This document shows positions 39,136 through 48,421 of a stretch of 64,000 nucleotides of DNA, piece after piece. Position 1 is the first letter of the stretch; each line of letters begins with the position of its first letter. The notes beneath the pieces were generated by a model, which searched no databases, was not told the origin of the DNA, and saw only the letters and a program-made list of their open reading frames with translations. A program made the position numbers and the translations under genes. The DNA comes from an uncultured Actinomycetota bacterium (GTDB lineage Bacteria; Actinomycetota; Actinomycetes; Actinomycetales; Micrococcaceae): NCBI GenBank assembly GCA_963722145.1, contig CAVRLW010000005.1, forward strand, positions 70,773-134,772, written 5' to 3'.

Positions 39136-39182
39136 CTATACCTAGAGCTGCTATGTTTGATACCTTTCAGCTCTAGGTATAG
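39136..39182. promoter_or_regulatory. 15-bp perfect inverted repeat before the PadR gene (probable auto-operator)
   Basis: CTATACCTAGAGCTG-N17-CAGCTCTAGGTATAG, abutting the RBS. Confidence 0.7.
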
Positions 39183-39190
39183 GAGGAGCA

Positions 39191-39552
39191 GTGCGCATTG
39201 ACAAAGACCTGGTCGCCGCCTCAGCCACGCCCCTCGTGCTGGGCATTCTGGCGGACGGCGACCTGTACGGCTACGCAATCCTCAAGCGCGTGAGTGAGCT
39301 CTCGGGCGGCGGCATGCAGTGGACCGACGGGATGCTCTACCCGCTACTGCACCGGCTCGAGCGGCTCGGCTACGTGTCCTCGCTGTGGGGCACGTCCGAC
39401 GCCGGGCGCCGTCGCAAGCACTACACAATCACGCGGCGGGCCGGGACGCCCTCGCCGACCGGCAGGAGCAGTGGACCGTCGTGGCAGACGCGCTGCGGCA
39501 GGTGTGGCAGACCACGCCACGGCCCCCGGCCGCGATTGAGGGATGGGCGTGA
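39191..39552 (+). pseudogene. PadR family regulator with a -1 frameshift near 39434
   Basis: PadR motifs LYGYAI, GMLYPLLHRLE, RRRKHYTIT; the C-terminus (AGRDALADRQEQW) continues in another frame ending TGA 39550-52. Confidence 0.8.
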
Positions 39553-40903
39553 TGGCGCCGCACGCTGAGCTGGAGGCCCAGATCGACCGGTGGCGCGGAT
39601 ACGTTCAGCGGAGCCAGGCGATCTCCCCCGCCGACGTGGACGAGCTGGAGGACCACCTGCGCGAGCAGATAGCCGACCGGCAGGCGACCGGCCTCGATGA
39701 CGAGGAGGCCTTTCTCGTCGCCATCAAGCGCCTGGGCAACCTCGACGCCGTCTCACGCGAATTCGCCCGCGAGCACTCCGAGCGGCTGTGGAAGCAGCTC
39801 GTCCTGGTGCCGGAGGGCTACCGACGACGCCGACGCGTCTCCGTGGCGCGAACTGGCCGTCGTCCTCGCACTCGCCGTCGGGGCGGGTGTGGCGGTCAAG
39901 GCAGGCTTTGCCTGGATCGACGACGGCGAAGTCGCTGATGCGCAACCTGGGCCTGCTCGTCTTCCCCTTCGTGGCCGCATACTTCGCGTGGAAGCGGCGT
40001 CTCACCGGGACGGTGGCGGCGACACTGCTCGTTCCGTTTGCCGCCCTGGCGGTCGCGCTCAACGTCTACCCGTTCGCCCCTGGCGGCTCCACCGGGATGC
40101 TCGCCGCCCTCCACGCCCCGGTCATCCTGTGGCTGCTGGCCGGGGTGGCCTACGTCGGCGGGAGGTGGCGGTCCGACAAGCGGCGCATGGACTTCGTCCG
40201 ATTCACCGGCGAGCTCGCGGTCTACTACACGCTGCTAGCACTAGGCGGCGCAGTCCTGATCGCCCTCACAGTCGGGGCCCTCCAGGCCCTTGGCGCCGAT
40301 TTCGAACCGGTCCTGGAAGACTGGGTCCTGCCGTTCGCTGTGCCCGGGGCGCTCGTGGTCGCCGCCTGGCTCGTAGAAGCCAAGCAGCAGGTCGTGGAAA
40401 ATATCGCCCCCGTCCTCACCCGCGTTTTCACACCGCTGACCGTTGCCATGCTGCTGGTCCTTCTGGCCGTGCTTGCCACCGCGGGCGGTTTCGTCGACAT
40501 CGACCGAAACCTACTCATCCTCATGGACGCAATCCTCATGCTCGTCCTTTGCCTATTGCTCTATTCGATCTCCGCCCGCGACCCGCTCGCCCCTCCCGGA
40601 CTGTTCGATGCACTGCAGTTGGCCCTCGTCATCGCGGCTCTTGCCGTCGATGCCGTAATGCTGACTGCGATGCTGGCCCGGATCGCCGAGTTCGGCCACA
40701 GCCCCAACAAGATCGCCGCGCTCGGCCTGAACCTGCTGCTGCTGGTGCACTTGTTGGGCGCGGCCTGGCTCGCCGTCGGATTCCTCCGCGGCCGATTCCC
40801 GTTTACTGCCGTCGAGCGGTGGCAAACCCGCTACCTGCCGATCTACGGCGCCTGGGCAGCGGTCGTGGTCGTGGTCTTCCCGCCTATCTTCGGCTTCATC
40901 TAA
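39552..40903 (+). pseudogene. PadR-partner membrane protein (N-terminal permease-prefix/HAAS-like domain), two frameshifts near 39815 and 39933
   Basis: DELEDHL...GLDDEEAFLVAIKRLG domain followed by TM segments spread over three frames. Confidence 0.75.
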
Positions 40904-41069
40904 TCAGCACGCCCGCTCAGTCATGGACCGGAGGATCGAGCCACGGCTGTCCCGACGGATCCAGTGGATGGCGAAGCTCTGCGCGGCATGCAGGGCCTCG
41001 TTGATCGGCTGGACCGTGGCACGGTGCCCGCCGTCGGTAATCGCGCCCATACCGTGCAAGGCTAGATGT

Positions 41070-41492
41070 ATGGATCTGGAGGTATCGCCCGCGCTCACGA
41101 TTCCCGCGTCAGAACTCGGCTGGCGGTTCTCGCGTTCGTCCGGGCCGGGCGGTCAACACGTCAACACCTCGGACAGCAGAGTCGAACTCTCGTGGAACGT
41201 CGCCGACTCGGCGGCGCTTTCGGATGGCCAGCGGCTGATGCTGGTCAGTCGTCTCGGGCAACGCCTCATCGCCGGGGTGATCACCGTGACCGCTTCGGAG
41301 CGGCGCTCTCAGCTGCGCAATCGCGAGATCGCCCTGGCCAAGCTCTCTGCCCTCGTGGCAGAGGGCCTTGCTCCCGAAGCTGCTCGCCGCCGCGCGACCA
41401 AACCCACCCGGGGCTCGAACCGTCGGCGCCTCGCCGCAAAGGAACAGCGGGCAGCGACGAAACGGCAACGCCAGCGGCCGTCCGCCGAGTAG
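41070..41492 (+). CDS. arfB: Alternative ribosome rescue peptidyl-tRNA hydrolase ArfB
   Basis: FSRSSGPGGQHVN (GGQ), RSQLRNR, basic tail RRATKPTRGS. Confidence 0.93.
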   Translation: MDLEVSPALTIPASELGWRFSRSSGPGGQHVNTSDSRVELSWNVADSAALSDGQRLMLVSRLGQRLIAGVITVTASERRSQLRNREIALAKLSALVAEGLAPEAARRRATKPTRGSNRRRLAAKEQRAATKRQRQRPSAE

Positions 41493-41569
41493 CGCCGTCC
41501 AGTCGACACTTTTCAGCCGGGGGACGGCCGGAGCGCGTAGACCACGACGCCCGCGGCAGTGCTGCAGCG

Positions 41570-42045
41570 TTAGGCGGGTCCGCGCAGGATCGGCGTCGCT
41601 GGTTTCGTCCGGGTTATTGCTGCGCGGATGACTTGCCGGGCAGCGGCGCGGGCAAGGCACGGCGTATCGGGGTCGGGCGCCGCAATTTCCTGCGCCTGTC
41701 CTCCTTCGAGGATGAGCTCAAGGGTGCGGGCCAGCTTGTCCGGGTCGTCGGCCTCTGCCTGACGGGCGAGGCAGGATATCCACTCAAGGATCCCTGCCCT
41801 GTGTTCGGCGATCTTTAAGTGCGCTTCGCTGCCTGGGCGGGTTTCGGCTGCAGCCCGCAGGAAGGCGACGCTGGGGTTATCGCCGGAGTGATCGACGCGG
41901 GCAAGGGCGTCGCCTTGGCCACGCCGGCCTCGTCAATGATGCGATTGACGCCGACCTGGTAAAGGCCTTCGGCGGCGAACAACTCGGAGGCGGTCTTGAG
42001 GACCCGCTCACTGGCCGCGGTCCCGCTTTGAATCGGTGTGTCCAT
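41570..42045 (-). pseudogene. TetR family regulator with internal deletion and frameshift
   Basis: HTH ends abruptly at GVAKAT; a TetR-like C-terminus (AFLRAAAE...EHRAGILEW..LARQAEADDPDKLARTLELILEG) resumes in another frame. Confidence 0.65.
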
Positions 42046-42233
42046 TGTTCACCTCTGCAGGAGGGGTTCGATGGGTGCAACTCCCACTGAGTCGGTTTTT
42101 GTCCTCACAGTGGGGCCGGGCGCTCGTTTGTGGCGCGGTTAGTGGAATGACTCGATCAAATTCCACTGTACGCCCGTCGTCGACGGCAGCCCCGAAGCGC
42201 GGCGGACCCGGCTTGGCGAAACGCGGCTGGGGC

Positions 42234-42584
42234 CTAGGCCGCCGCCAGCCTTCGGGCCCGGGGAAGCGCGGCCGTTTCCGCCGGCGCCACGATGCTGAGC
42301 TGGCACTCTGACTGAAGCGGATCAATGGTGGCCGGCAGGTGGTGGGAGGCGGAGCACTCCCGCAGTTGCTCGAGGGCCGCCGGTTCCACCACGGCGTGGC
42401 TGACATCCAACACCAGATGGAGTCCTTCCCTCAGGTGGTTTGCCCGCTTGACCACCACGTACAGGGCTTGGAGGCTCCTCGCCGTCACATGTCCCTGCGC
42501 TGCTACTTCTGCCTGACCGCAATCGAGGTCGAGCCTGACAAGAACCCGGAGTTTGTGGTTCAAACGATTCCCCTGTTCGTGCAT
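42234..42584 (-). CDS. Hypothetical protein (possibly STAS-like)
   Basis: LVLDVSHAVVEPAALEQL segment resembles a STAS fold; start uncertain. Confidence 0.5.
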   Translation of the reverse strand: MHEQGNRLNHKLRVLVRLDLDCGQAEVAAQGHVTARSLQALYVVVKRANHLREGLHLVLDVSHAVVEPAALEQLRECSASHHLPATIDPLQSECQLSIVAPAETAALPRARRLAAA

Positions 42585-42989
42585 TTACCGCTTGGCCGCG
42601 ACGCTGCGACCGCTTTGGCCGCGACGCTGCGACCGCAACCCAGCCTAGGCAGGGAGTGTGACCTAGGCAACAGTGCGCTTCATATCGGGGAAACCTCGCG
42701 TTATGTGCCGGTTTGTTGGCGAAAAAGTGTTGATCGGCGGGCCCGGTGTATTGTAAAGGGGGCCCCACGGCGACCATCCGGCACTTGGCACCAGTCCAAG
42801 ACGCAACGGAGAGCGGCATCGTGGCCCCCTTGCCGCCGCGGCGAGGAACTGCATCTTCGGATGCAGGACGAGCCAGCGCCGGCCAGCCAGTCCACTCTGC
42901 GTTTCGCGCCTCTCAACACTCCGGCGTGGCCCGCGTGGGTACTGACAGCCAGAATCCGGGCACCAGGCCCGGCCGACTTAGAGGAACAC

Positions 42990-44051
42990 ATGACACACCC
43001 CTTCGACAGCCCAGACGACGTCCGCGGGGCGGATTTCCGCGAGCGGCGGCGGCCCGTGAAGAAACGCCGAGGCCGCAAGGTGCTGGTCGCCGTCGCCGTC
43101 GTAGTGGCGCTCGTCGCGGTGGTGGCTGGCGGCTACCTCTTCAACCTCGCACGCACTTTCGACTCCGGTTCGAGCAAAATTGACCAGGCCTTCCCGGACG
43201 AGTCCACGCGTCCGAAGAAGACGGACACGGCGATGAACATTCTGGTGATGGGCAGTGACAGCCGTGGCGCCACCGAGTCTGATACCGCGGCCGGCACGTC
43301 CACGGACCAGCGTGCGGACGCGCTGATGCTCATGCATATCCCGGCGGACCGCAAGAATATCTACACCATGTCCATCATGCGCGACCTCTGGGTGGACATC
43401 CCGGGACACGGCGAGGCGAAGATCAACTCCGCACTGGCCCTTGGCGGTACGCCGCTGATGGTGCAGACCATCGAGTCGACCTTCCAGCAGCGCATCGATC
43501 ACGTCGCGATGATCGACTTCGAGGGCTTCAAGGGCCTCACGGACGCGCTGGGTGGGGTGAGCGTGAATATCAAGGTGCCGTTCACCTCGACTGCGCTGCC
43601 CGGCCAGTCCTTCGCCCCGGGCCAGCACACCTTCAACGGAACCGAAGCGCTGGCCTTCGTGCGCGAGCGCCATGCCTACGCCGACGGCGACTACCAGCGC
43701 GTCCGCAACCAGCAGGAGTTCCTGCGGGCCATCATCAAGAAGTCGATCGCCGGCCAGACGCTGAGCAACCCGATCACGATCAACAACATGGTGGGCGCAG
43801 TCTCGCCGTTCGTCACGGTCGACAAGTCCTTTGACTCGGGAACCGTGGCCGGCCTGGCGTTCGAGCTCAGAGACATCCGGGCGCAGAATACCGTCATGTT
43901 CACACTGCCGACCGGGGGCATCGGAACGTCCACGGATGGCCAGTCGATCGTGCTGACCGACCCGAACGCCATCCAGGAAATCTCCGCGGCGATGGCCGCG
44001 GATTCCCTGGGCGAGTATGTCGCGGCGAACAAGTTCGAGAACGGGAACTGA
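42990..44051 (+). CDS. LCP (LytR-CpsA-Psr) family protein
   Basis: N-terminal TM; NILVMGSDSR, RADALML, SIMRD, KINSA, FVRER, DYQRVRNQQ; RBS GAGGA before ATG 42990. Confidence 0.92.
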   Translation: MTHPFDSPDDVRGADFRERRRPVKKRRGRKVLVAVAVVVALVAVVAGGYLFNLARTFDSGSSKIDQAFPDESTRPKKTDTAMNILVMGSDSRGATESDTAAGTSTDQRADALMLMHIPADRKNIYTMSIMRDLWVDIPGHGEAKINSALALGGTPLMVQTIESTFQQRIDHVAMIDFEGFKGLTDALGGVSVNIKVPFTSTALPGQSFAPGQHTFNGTEALAFVRERHAYADGDYQRVRNQQEFLRAIIKKSIAGQTLSNPITINNMVGAVSPFVTVDKSFDSGTVAGLAFELRDIRAQNTVMFTLPTGGIGTSTDGQSIVLTDPNAIQEISAAMAADSLGEYVAANKFENGN

Positions 44052-44126
44052 GTCCCGCCAGGTGAGGCGCCAGGGGAGGCCCTTGGACCCATGGTCCGCG
44101 GCCGGCTGCAGTGGTAGCGTCCGTTC

Positions 44127-45239
44127 ATGGGGAACGCTCCGGAGCCAGCAGCCGCGGCTTCCGCGGCGTCCCCGTCCCCTCCCTCGTCCCCGGCGGCGGG
44201 CCGTCGCCGTCGGCTAGTTCTGCTCCTAGGGGCGCTGCTCGCAGTCGCGCTCGCCGTCGCCGTCGCGGTCTCGGCATACGTTCTCTCCCGGCAGCAGGCC
44301 GGGGACCCCACACCCGACGGGGCCGTCACCCCGGCGATCGCGCCTGCGACGGCACCCAGACTGCCCTCGCCCTCGCCGCCACCCAGCCCCACGCCCACGC
44401 CGGAACCACCCGCCGTCGCCCTCAACATCTTGCTGATCGGGAGCGACAGCCGGGTGAATGAGCGGGCGGTGGCGGCCGGCGGCGCCGCCTCCGACCAGCG
44501 CGGCGACGCCCTTGTGCTGATCCACCTCCCGGCGGACCGGCAGAGCGTCTACGGCATCTCGATCATGCGCGACCTTTGGGTGAACATCCCCGGCCGCGGA
44601 TCCGCGAAAGTGAACGCCGGACTGGAACTTGGCGGGCTGCCGCTGATGACGAAGACAGTGGAGGCGCTGCTGGGCCAGCACATCGACCACACGGTGATGC
44701 TGGACTTCCAGGGGTTCGCGGCCATGACAGACGCGCTCGGCGGTGTCGACGTCGATATCAAGCGGTCATTCACCAGCACCGTAGATGACAGGGTGTATTT
44801 TCCGGCGGGCGTGAACCGGCTCAACGGGCTGCAAGCCCTGGCCTTTGTCCGCGAGCGCCATGCCTTCGCCGACGGCGACTACCAGCGGGTCCGGAACCAG
44901 CAGACGTTCTTGAAAGCCATGATGGCCAAGATGGCTTCCGAAGGCGGGCTGGCGGACCGCGACACCGTCCGCAAACTCATCAAAACGGTGTTGCCGCACG
45001 TGACCCTGGACGCAAGCTTCACCATGGAGTCGCTGGAAAACCTCGCCTTCAGCCTCCGCAACACAGCGCCGGGACGTGGAGTGTTCTTCACGCTGCCGAC
45101 CGCCGGCACCGGGTTCAGCCGGGACGGCCAGTCGATTGTCCTGCAGGACCCTGCCGCGACTGCCGCGGTCTCCGCCGCGCTGGGCTCGGGAACGCTCGCC
45201 GGCTACGTGGCGGCCAACAATCTTCAGAACGGCAATTGA
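44127..45239 (+). CDS. LCP family protein, second tandem paralog
   Basis: NILLIGSDSR, RGDAL, SIMRD, FVRERHA, DYQRVRNQQ. Confidence 0.92.
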   Translation: MGNAPEPAAAASAASPSPPSSPAAGRRRRLVLLLGALLAVALAVAVAVSAYVLSRQQAGDPTPDGAVTPAIAPATAPRLPSPSPPPSPTPTPEPPAVALNILLIGSDSRVNERAVAAGGAASDQRGDALVLIHLPADRQSVYGISIMRDLWVNIPGRGSAKVNAGLELGGLPLMTKTVEALLGQHIDHTVMLDFQGFAAMTDALGGVDVDIKRSFTSTVDDRVYFPAGVNRLNGLQALAFVRERHAFADGDYQRVRNQQTFLKAMMAKMASEGGLADRDTVRKLIKTVLPHVTLDASFTMESLENLAFSLRNTAPGRGVFFTLPTAGTGFSRDGQSIVLQDPAATAAVSAALGSGTLAGYVAANNLQNGN

Positions 45240-45266
45240 GGCGCCGCTCTTCGGTAGATTGGGACC

Positions 45267-47483
45267 ATGACCCAGACTCCCGCCCAGCCGTCCCCGCAGC
45301 CCCCCGTCGCCCGGAAAGTTCCCTCGGTGCGCACCCACCACGGCGACGCGTTCGAGGACAACTACGAGTGGCTGCGGGACAAGGAATCCGCCGAGGTCGT
45401 TGACCTGCTCAAGGCCGAAAACACCTACCAGGAGGCCGTGACCGCGCACCAAGAGCCGCTGCGCGAGGCCATCTTCCAGGAAATCAAGGGCCGCACCCAG
45501 GAAACAGACCTCTCCGTACCGAACCGCAAGGACGGCTGGTGGTACTACACCCGCTCGGTCGAGGGCAAGGAGTACGGCATCCACTGCCGCGTGCGCGGCC
45601 AGGAAACCGGGGACCGCGTCGCGGACTGGACTCCCCCGGCCGTGGAGGCCGGCGTCGTCATCCCCGGCGAGGAAGTCCTGCTCGATGGCAACCTCGAGGC
45701 GGAGGGCAAGCCGTTCTTTGCCGTTGGCGGGGCCGCCACGACCATCGACGGCACCCTGTATGCCTACGCCGTGGACAACGCCGGCGACGAGCGCTTCACG
45801 CTGCGCATCAAGGACCTCAGCACCGGCGTGCTGCTGCCGGACGTGATCGAGAACGTCTTCTACGGCATCTCCTTCTCCCCCGACGGCAGCCGGATCTTCT
45901 ACACCGTGGTGGACGATTCCTGGCGGCCGTACCAGGTGAAGTCCCATGTGCTCGGCACACCGGTCAGCGAAGACACGGTCATCTATCAGGAGGACGACGT
46001 CGCCATGTGGCTCGGCTTCGAGCTCTCGGCCGACCGGCGCCATCTGGTGCTCAGCATCGGCTGCTCCGAGTTCAGCGAGACCCGCCTGCTGAGCTTTGAT
46101 GACCTCGACGCCGGACTGCGCACCGTAATCTCCCGCGACGAGCGCATCCTGTACGAGGCCGAGCCGTTCCTGCTGGCGGACGCCTCGGGCCGGAGCCAGG
46201 AGCGGATCCTGCTCACCCACAACAAGGACGCCATCAATTCCATGGTCTCGCTCGTGGACCCGGCCGAGCTCGCAAAGCCCCTTGCCGAGCAGCACTGGGA
46301 CACCGTCGTCGCCCATTCCGACCACGTCCGAGTCAACGGCGCCGGGGTCACGTCCACCCACGCGGTGGTCTCCGTCCGCAAGGACACCATCGAAAGGGTC
46401 CAGGTCCTTCCCCTGGCCGGCCTGGGCACCCCGGAGCAGGGTGCCGCGGTGGAACCCGCCTTCGACGAGGAGCTGTACACGGCCGGCGTCGCGGGCTCGG
46501 ACTACGAGGCCCCCGTGATCCGGATGGGCTACACCTCCTACTTCACGCCGTCCCGGGTCTACGACTTTGTGCTGCCCACCCCGGAGCTCCCGGCCGGTGA
46601 ACTCCTGCTACGCAAGGAGAGCCCGGTGCTGGGCGGTTACTCGCCGTCGGACTACGTCGCCACCCGGGAGTGGGCCACGGCCGCGGACGGGACGAAGATT
46701 CCGCTCTCGGTCCTCCGCCACGCCTCTGTCCGGCAGGATTCGACGGCGGCCGGCTTGGTGTACGGCTACGGCTCCTACGAATTGAGCATGGACCCGGGCT
46801 TCGGGATCCCCCGGCTGTCCCTGCTGGACCGGGGCATCGTGTTCGTGATCGCCCACATCCGCGGCGGCGGCGAGCTGGGCCGGCACTGGTACGACGACGG
46901 CAAGAAGCTGCACAAGAAGAACACGTTCACGGACTTCATCGCGGCCACGGACTGGCTCGCCGGATCCGGCTGGGTGGACCCGGGCCGGATCGCAGCGATG
47001 GGCGGCTCCGCCGGCGGCCTGCTGATGGGCGCGGTCGCCAACCTCGCGCCGGAAAAGTATGCGGCGATGGTTGCCGCCGTCCCGTTCGTGGACGCGCTGA
47101 CCACCATCTTGGACCCCGAACTGCCGCTCTCGGCGCTGGAGTGGGAGGAATGGGGCAACCCGATCACCGACCCGGACGTGTACACGTACATGAAGTCGTA
47201 CACACCGTACGAGAACGTCCGCGCCGTGACCTACCCGAAGATCGCCGCTGTCACCAGCTTCAACGACACCCGTGTGCTCTACGTGGAGCCGGCCAAATGG
47301 GTGCAGCGGCTGCGCGAAGTGAACACCGGAACCGAGCCGATTGTCCTGAAGATCGAGATGGAAGGCGGCCACGGCGGCGCCTCGGGCCGGTACGTGCAGT
47401 GGCGCGAACGGGCCTGGGACTACGCGTTCGTCGCCGATTCCCTCGGCGCCACCGAGCTGCTTCCGGGAGCCGGTCTGAAGTAG
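45267..47483 (+). CDS. ptrB: Oligopeptidase B (S9A)
   Basis: DNYEWLRD, GGSAGG nucleophile, DTRV, GHGG. Confidence 0.92.
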   Translation: MTQTPAQPSPQPPVARKVPSVRTHHGDAFEDNYEWLRDKESAEVVDLLKAENTYQEAVTAHQEPLREAIFQEIKGRTQETDLSVPNRKDGWWYYTRSVEGKEYGIHCRVRGQETGDRVADWTPPAVEAGVVIPGEEVLLDGNLEAEGKPFFAVGGAATTIDGTLYAYAVDNAGDERFTLRIKDLSTGVLLPDVIENVFYGISFSPDGSRIFYTVVDDSWRPYQVKSHVLGTPVSEDTVIYQEDDVAMWLGFELSADRRHLVLSIGCSEFSETRLLSFDDLDAGLRTVISRDERILYEAEPFLLADASGRSQERILLTHNKDAINSMVSLVDPAELAKPLAEQHWDTVVAHSDHVRVNGAGVTSTHAVVSVRKDTIERVQVLPLAGLGTPEQGAAVEPAFDEELYTAGVAGSDYEAPVIRMGYTSYFTPSRVYDFVLPTPELPAGELLLRKESPVLGGYSPSDYVATREWATAADGTKIPLSVLRHASVRQDSTAAGLVYGYGSYELSMDPGFGIPRLSLLDRGIVFVIAHIRGGGELGRHWYDDGKKLHKKNTFTDFIAATDWLAGSGWVDPGRIAAMGGSAGGLLMGAVANLAPEKYAAMVAAVPFVDALTTILDPELPLSALEWEEWGNPITDPDVYTYMKSYTPYENVRAVTYPKIAAVTSFNDTRVLYVEPAKWVQRLREVNTGTEPIVLKIEMEGGHGGASGRYVQWRERAWDYAFVADSLGATELLPGAGLK

Positions 47484-47491
47484 CCGCATGT

Positions 47492-47557
47492 CCCATCGAT
47501 TGCTCCGCAACGGCCCTTTTGAGCGCCCATAAGGGCCGTTGCGGAGCAATCGATGGG
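47492..47557. repeat. REP-like hairpin with perfect 27-bp stem and 12-nt loop
   Basis: CCCATCGATTGCTCCGCAACGGCCCTT / AAGGGCCGTTGCGGAGCAATCGATGGG. Confidence 0.9.
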
Positions 47558-47680
47558 GCGTCCGGTACCGCTATGTACAAAAAAATCGTCATCATGCTTA
47601 CTATTGACCGGTGTTAGGCACATCGATGTAGAAACTGCTCACTGGGGGCAGCAGACGCGGTGCCGGAGATGGAGTTTGTT

Positions 47681-48415
47681 ATGAGCGCTGAGCAGGGATT
47701 GACCCCGTTGACCGATGATGAGCTGATGGCGCAGGGCGGCACGGCCCTCCCCGACAAGGAAGTCGCCTCCGTCCTGGACCTGAACGCCGACCTGAACCTG
47801 GGGATAAGCGCCGCGGCGCCGATCGACCTCGGCATCGCGGCCAACGCCAACGTCGCCGCCCCGATTGACGCGGCCGCGTCGGCGAATGTTCTCTCCGTCG
47901 GGTCCGAGTCCCAGGCTCTTGCCGATCAGGGCACCATCATCAACCAGGGCGTGACGGGCGACGCCACTGCAGCTTCCACCCAGGACAGCGTCATCGATCA
48001 GGGCGCCGGCACGGCTGCCGGCACGGCTGCTGATGCCGGCACGGCTGCCGGCACGGCTGCTGATGCCGGCACGGTCCCGACCGGAACCGCCGACGGCGGA
48101 GTCCTCCCCGGCGGTGCGCTGCCGACGGATGTGGCCGGTGTTGCCGACGCCGCTGGCGCCGCGGGCGCTCTCAACGGCAACCTGCTCAACGTTGACGTGA
48201 ACCTGGACGCCGACGCGGACATTGCAGCGCCCATCAACGGTGCGGTGGCCGCCAACGCCAACGTAGCTGCGCCGATCGACGCCGCCGTCGGCGCCAACAT
48301 CGGCTCGATCGACAGCAACGCGTTCGCCGTCGCCCAGCAGGATGCCATCATCAACCAGGACATCCATGGCGACGCCACGGCTTCGGCTGACCAGCAGTCC
48401 GACCTGAAGCAGTAG
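47681..48415 (+). CDS. Acidic Ala/Asn/Gln/Asp-rich protein: leader + two 77-aa repeats; candidate processed fibre subunit
   Basis: GGAG RBS before ATG 47681; ungapped internal duplication; no Sec/Tat signal; no Cys, Trp, Tyr or Arg. Confidence 0.85.
   Translation: MSAEQGLTPLTDDELMAQGGTALPDKEVASVLDLNADLNLGISAAAPIDLGIAANANVAAPIDAAASANVLSVGSESQALADQGTIINQGVTGDATAASTQDSVIDQGAGTAAGTAADAGTAAGTAADAGTVPTGTADGGVLPGGALPTDVAGVADAAGAAGALNGNLLNVDVNLDADADIAAPINGAVAANANVAAPIDAAVGANIGSIDSNAFAVAQQDAIINQDIHGDATASADQQSDLKQ
48005..48074. repeat. 30-bp tandem repeat encoding (AGTAAGTAAD)2 linker
   Basis: GCCGGCACGGCTGCCGGCACGGCTGCTGAT x2 plus a partial copy. Confidence 0.9.
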
Positions 48416-48421
48416 CTCTAG

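Noticed and set aside
42339-42989. N-terminal 217-aa extension of the first LCP ORF
   Set aside because: Overlaps an opposite-strand gene and a promoter-like region; a good RBS precedes ATG 42990.
45267-47483. Oligopeptidase B as part of the repeat-protein system
   Set aside because: ptrB is a common housekeeping peptidase and is separated from the operon by a strong hairpin; no specific evidence of linkage.
47681-48415. Classical bacteriocin/RiPP precursor or peptidoglycan-binding protein
   Set aside because: 244 aa, strongly acidic, no Cys, and no modifying enzymes or C39-ABC exporter nearby. No LysM or PG-binding motif recognised.
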